From: a virus
Taxonomy: Duplodnaviria > Caudoviricetes
Reading direction: 5' to 3' (one strand)
Length of the DNA: 26,280 bases
IMG/VR virus record: IMGVR_UViG_3300047301_000113
Span: 1 to 26,280 of that record
Every line of letters starts with the position of its first letter. The stretch's first letter is position 1. Of this stretch, positions 22,673 to 26,280 are shown in pieces. Position numbers and translations under genes: made by a program. Under the pieces are notes generated by a model, which did no database searches, was not told the origin of the DNA, and saw only the letters and a list, made by a program, of their open reading frames with translations.

Positions 22673-23626
22673 ATGGCATTAACTAAAAAAGTCATGATTC
22701 TAGCCAAGTTGGAAACAACTTATGGCACTGACTCAGTACCAACAAACATCGCTAACGCGATTTTATGCGGTAGTTTAAATATCACCCCGTTAAATGGGGA
22801 TACCGTTTCACGAAACATCATCCAGCCGTTCTTTGGTTCTCAACAAAAAATCCTGGTAACACAAAACGCATCAGTAGACTTTGAGGTTGAATATGCCGGT
22901 AGTGGCATAGCAGGAACAGCGCCACATTACGGCACGCTGTTAAAAGCCTGTGCTTTTGCCGAGACCATATTAGCAGGCGCTAGCGTTACTTATGCGCCAA
23001 TTACGTTAACATCAACTATACAAGCCAATACATCAGTATCAATCTACTTCCAGCGAGACGGCATTAAGCACGTCTTGCTCGGTGCTCGCGGCACCTTCAC
23101 GCTAGATTTAACGGTAAAAACACTGCCTAAAATTAAGTTTAATTTTACTGGATTGCTGGGCACGATCACCGACACTGCGCTAGTGACAACCGGACTGGTC
23201 TATGTTGCCGCCGTGCCGGTTGCAGTATCAACAGCAAACACTACGCCCGCAACTATTTACGGTTTCACGCCGGTGATGGAGTCATTTACGTTAGACATGG
23301 CTAATACCGTAGCTTATCGCTCCCTAATCGGCACCGAGTCTGTTGTCATATCTGACCGCGCACCCAAAGGCACTCTAAAAATAGAGTCGCCCGATCTGGC
23401 AACTAAAGATTTTTTTGGTATTGCGCAAGCAGGCGCATTGGGCGCGTTTAGCATTAAGCACGGCCAAACCGCAGGGAACATTGTAACGCTAGCATCCAAT
23501 GCCACCGGCATGGCGATTGAAGCGCCAAAATACGGCGACAACGCAGGCGTAGTAATGTTGGATATGAGTTATGCACTGATTCCGACATCCGCTGGCAACG
23601 ACGAATTAACTCTTTCATTAACATAA
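22673..23626 (+). CDS. Major tail tube protein
   Basis: ILAKLETTYGTD..P, F.VE.AGSG.AGTAP.YG.LLKAC, GARG; no sheath gene alongside. Confidence 0.85.
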   Translation: MALTKKVMILAKLETTYGTDSVPTNIANAILCGSLNITPLNGDTVSRNIIQPFFGSQQKILVTQNASVDFEVEYAGSGIAGTAPHYGTLLKACAFAETILAGASVTYAPITLTSTIQANTSVSIYFQRDGIKHVLLGARGTFTLDLTVKTLPKIKFNFTGLLGTITDTALVTTGLVYVAAVPVAVSTANTTPATIYGFTPVMESFTLDMANTVAYRSLIGTESVVISDRAPKGTLKIESPDLATKDFFGIAQAGALGAFSIKHGQTAGNIVTLASNATGMAIEAPKYGDNAGVVMLDMSYALIPTSAGNDELTLSLT

Positions 23627-23635
23627 GGAATAAAC

Positions 23636-23983
23636 ATGGCTTTTGTCATTAAGAAAAATCAATCTCTAGCAGTATTTTGCACTATTTCAGAACCCAATAG
23701 CGTAGGCGGCTTTAGCACTTATAAAGTGCCGCTCATTTTTAAATTGATTTCACAAGGCCGCATCGACGCGATCATTCGTAATGACAACGATGACGACATC
23801 AACATTATGGATGAAATATTGGTTGGATGGGAAGTAGGCGCGTTTAGCAATGAAGATGGCACAGACATTCCATTTAATGAAGAAAACAAAGCCTTGGTTT
23901 TAGACGTTCCTTATATCCGCAACTCGATGGTACAGGCATTTTTTACCTCAATTGCAGGTAAAAAGGCTAAAGCAAAAAACTAA
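23636..23983 (+). CDS. Tail assembly chaperone (G-like)
   Basis: EILVGW...EDG..IPF.EEN; ends AKN* on the slippery A-AAA-AAC. Confidence 0.88.
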   Translation: MAFVIKKNQSLAVFCTISEPNSVGGFSTYKVPLIFKLISQGRIDAIIRNDNDDDINIMDEILVGWEVGAFSNEDGTDIPFNEENKALVLDVPYIRNSMVQAFFTSIAGKKAKAKN

Positions 23984-24324
23984 TCGACGCGGCTGAATAC
24001 TACTGTAATCAGTCCAACGAGAACACTGATGAACTGGAAGCCTCCGCCCAAGCCTGGGGGGTAGCGCTTCCAGAGCAGGAGGAAGCCGAAGCTTCTGACT
24101 TCGAGATATTCAAAAGCAACGCGCCGGTCATTAGCGCGTTTTATGCGCTCGGTGGCTGTGCCTGGAAACATACTGGCATGGGCGACCTGGTAGGTTTGGA
24201 TTATATCGCTGCCGATATTATCTGGCGCTACCAAGGCATTAAATTAACAAAGGAGCAATTCAGCGGCTTAATGCTGTTTAGCTCAGAAATAGTCAACATC
24301 CTCAACAAGCGCAAGGAAAAATAA
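23980..24324 (+). CDS. -1 frameshift extension of the chaperone (T-like, DUF1799-like)
   Basis: Hand translation LIDAAEYYC...FEIFKSN...W..TGMG.LVGLDY...NKRKEK*; no 5' start codon; TAATG coupling to the tape measure gene. Confidence 0.85.
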   Translation, partial: LIDAAEYYCNQSNENTDELEASAQAWGVALPEQEEAEASDFEIFKSNAPVISAFYALGGCAWKHTGMGDLVGLDYIAADIIWRYQGIKLTKEQFSGLMLFSSEIVNILNKRKEK

Positions 24325-26280
24325 TGTCAGCACCGATTGTTTTAGGCATAACCATACGCGCAAACGGCAGTTCTCAAGTACAGGGAGAGTTAAATAATAT
24401 CCGTACCGGCTTAGATAATGCCGGACGCTCAGCGGAAAATACCAATAGATCATTTGCAACCATGGCGCGTGAAACGCTAGGTGTGGGAGATGCGTTAAAA
24501 GGGCTTATGGCGGGTTTTGCTGCGCTGGCCTTATATCAGTCGGCGAAAGATATAATCATGCTGGCCGACCAAATGACGCTGTTAGACAGCCGCATCAAAA
24601 TCGCCACCTCCAGCCAACAAGACTACATCAACTCATCAAAAGAGCTGGTTGCCATTTCCATGCGCACCGGCACCGAATTTGCAGCCAACGCCACCATCTT
24701 TTCACGCATCAATAAAGCGATGGAAGGCATGGGCGGCACGGCAAAACACACCACCGCACTGACAGAAACACTGTCTCAGTCGATAAGAATATCGGGCGCA
24801 AGCGTAGAAGAAGCCGCGTCAACCATTCGGCAGTTGTCACAGGCGATGGCGTCCGGCGTATTGCGTGGAGATGAATTTAACAGCGTCATGGAAAATGCGC
24901 CACGACTGGCGCAAGCGCTGGCCGATGGAATGCACGTCAGCATCGGAGCATTGCGAGCAATGGCCGAAGCAGGCGAACTGACATCAAAAAAAGTTATTGA
25001 GGCGATACAAAGTCAAAGCGCTGTAGTTGCCGCCGAATTTGCTAAAATTCCGCTGACAGTCGGCGCGGCGATGACGAATATTAGCACCGCGTTTGGGCAG
25101 TATATTCTCGAAGCGAACAAGGGCGCAGGCGCAACAGAGGGACTGGCGCAAGGTCTTAATGTGCTGGCAAATAATTTAACGCCGGTGATTGATAGCCTAT
25201 TGACGCTGGGCACGGTAGCCGCCACGGTGTTCGCTGGGCAGATGGTGATTGCTTTGTCAGCTTACGTCACCGCGAAATATACTGCCGTTACCGTTGAAAT
25301 GGCCCACGCTGCCGCGATCACGATGGATCTGGAGCGCACCGTAGCACTAACAGCGGCACAAGCCGCCAACACCACGGCCACAGTCGCCTCCTTACAGGCG
25401 CAACTTGCCAGCACCACGGCAATGGGCACACGCATGGCAGTCGCCAACTCGCTGAATGTTGCCTTGGTCGCGCAAACCTCAGCCACAGCAGCCGCGACAG
25501 CTGCCACCGAGGCATTGGCCGCGAGCAGCGCCACCGCAACATTGACGCTTACATCGTTATGGAGCGTCGCGTCATTGGTCAATATCGCGCTGGCCTTTCT
25601 GGTAGGCTGGGAAATCGGCACGTTCCTCAACAAATTTGAATCTGTACGCCGTGTCGCCAATGACTCGCTATATGCGGTGCTGTCATTAATCGAAGCGGTC
25701 AGTTATCGCTGGGAAAAGATGTTCAGCAAGCGCGATACCGCCAGCATTGACGCCGATCACGCTGCGGTCACTGCATCATTAGATGACCTAGTATCGTCAA
25801 CAAATACGTATGTTACCGCTGGCGGCGAGGTAGTTGCTATATCAGACGAGATGAAATCCGCGCTTGAGTCTCTTAAAACACCACAACAAATATATAACCA
25901 AGCCATTGAGGACGCGACAGCACTAAGCAAGGTGCTTAATGCCGAAACAAAGCAGCTAATGATAACCGAAGAGCAGCGACTTGAACTCGGGGCTAAAGCA
26001 CTGGTAAAGTGGCAGCAAGCTAATGCAGCCGAGGCTGACGCAAAGCTGACTAAAGCCGGAAAAGAGATCGTTACGCTGCAAGATCAGTATGACAAATTAA
26101 CGCTGTCATCTGAAAAATATAATCAAGTCCACGCATTGGCGATGGAAGGAACTGCATCAGAAATTAGCGAGGTTGAGCGCTTATCAAATGCTATTCATGG
26201 CCTCGAGGAGTCCAGAACATTAGACAAAAAAGCCATGTCGGACTCAGCAGCAGAAGCCATAAAAGTGGCTAAAGCCGCCG
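24324..26280 (+). CDS. Tail tape measure protein (5' part; runs off the window)
   Basis: MSAPIVLGITIRANG...QLSQAMASGVLRGDEFNSVMENAPRLAQALADG; Ala-rich helical sequence. Confidence 0.93.
   Translation, partial: MSAPIVLGITIRANGSSQVQGELNNIRTGLDNAGRSAENTNRSFATMARETLGVGDALKGLMAGFAALALYQSAKDIIMLADQMTLLDSRIKIATSSQQDYINSSKELVAISMRTGTEFAANATIFSRINKAMEGMGGTAKHTTALTETLSQSIRISGASVEEAASTIRQLSQAMASGVLRGDEFNSVMENAPRLAQALADGMHVSIGALRAMAEAGELTSKKVIEAIQSQSAVVAAEFAKIPLTVGAAMTNISTAFGQYILEANKGAGATEGLAQGLNVLANNLTPVIDSLLTLGTVAATVFAGQMVIALSAYVTAKYTAVTVEMAHAAAITMDLERTVALTAAQAANTTATVASLQAQLASTTAMGTRMAVANSLNVALVAQTSATAAATAATEALAASSATATLTLTSLWSVASLVNIALAFLVGWEIGTFLNKFESVRRVANDSLYAVLSLIEAVSYRWEKMFSKRDTASIDADHAAVTASLDDLVSSTNTYVTAGGEVVAISDEMKSALESLKTPQQIYNQAIEDATALSKVLNAETKQLMITEEQRLELGAKALVKWQQANAAEADAKLTKAGKEIVTLQDQYDKLTLSSEKYNQVHALAMEGTASEISEVERLSNAIHGLEESRTLDKKAMSDSAAEAIKVAKAA

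Larger units (their letters stand above)
1..26280. mobile_element. Temperate phage/prophage segment (lambdoid early region, Mu-like late regulation and head genes, siphovirus-type tail); both ends lie outside the window
   Basis: Continuous phage gene order: exonuclease, cI/cro, replication, lysis, terminase, portal, capsid, tail, tape measure. No host housekeeping genes seen. Confidence 0.97.

Noticed and set aside
25013-25660. Short ORFs within the tape measure region
   Set aside because: Shadow frames of the Ala-rich tape measure gene.
1-26280. Transposable Mu-like phage
   Set aside because: No MuA/MuB in the window; replication genes are initiator, loader and DnaB with an iteron origin.

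Overview
The whole window is an internal part of one temperate long-tailed phage or prophage, probably proteobacterial; no attachment site or integrase is visible. The left 12 kb is lambdoid: a leftward early operon (YqaJ/lambda-type exonuclease, small accessory genes, two antirepressor-type genes), an immunity switch (pL, cI without a peptidase domain, cro, four related operators), replication (initiator with iterons, G39P-like loader, DnaB, SSB) and a nin-like run of small ORFs. Late control is Mu-like: a Mor/C-family activator and two matching late promoters, then lysis, terminase, a Mu-like portal/MuF/gpG/protease block with lambda-type decoration and capsid proteins, and a tail module with a -1 frameshift and a partial tape measure gene. 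Two loci stand out. (1) A 258-bp internally deleted IS200/IS605 element sits exactly between the ribosome-binding site and the ATG of the late activator. It keeps both ends, a promoter and the TnpB omega-RNA region, so it could make a guide RNA against element-free relatives. (2) MuF carries a C-terminal HExxH metallopeptidase-like extension, and a small convergent gene with its own promoter is a candidate immunity gene. All family calls are by motif recognition only; no searches were run.
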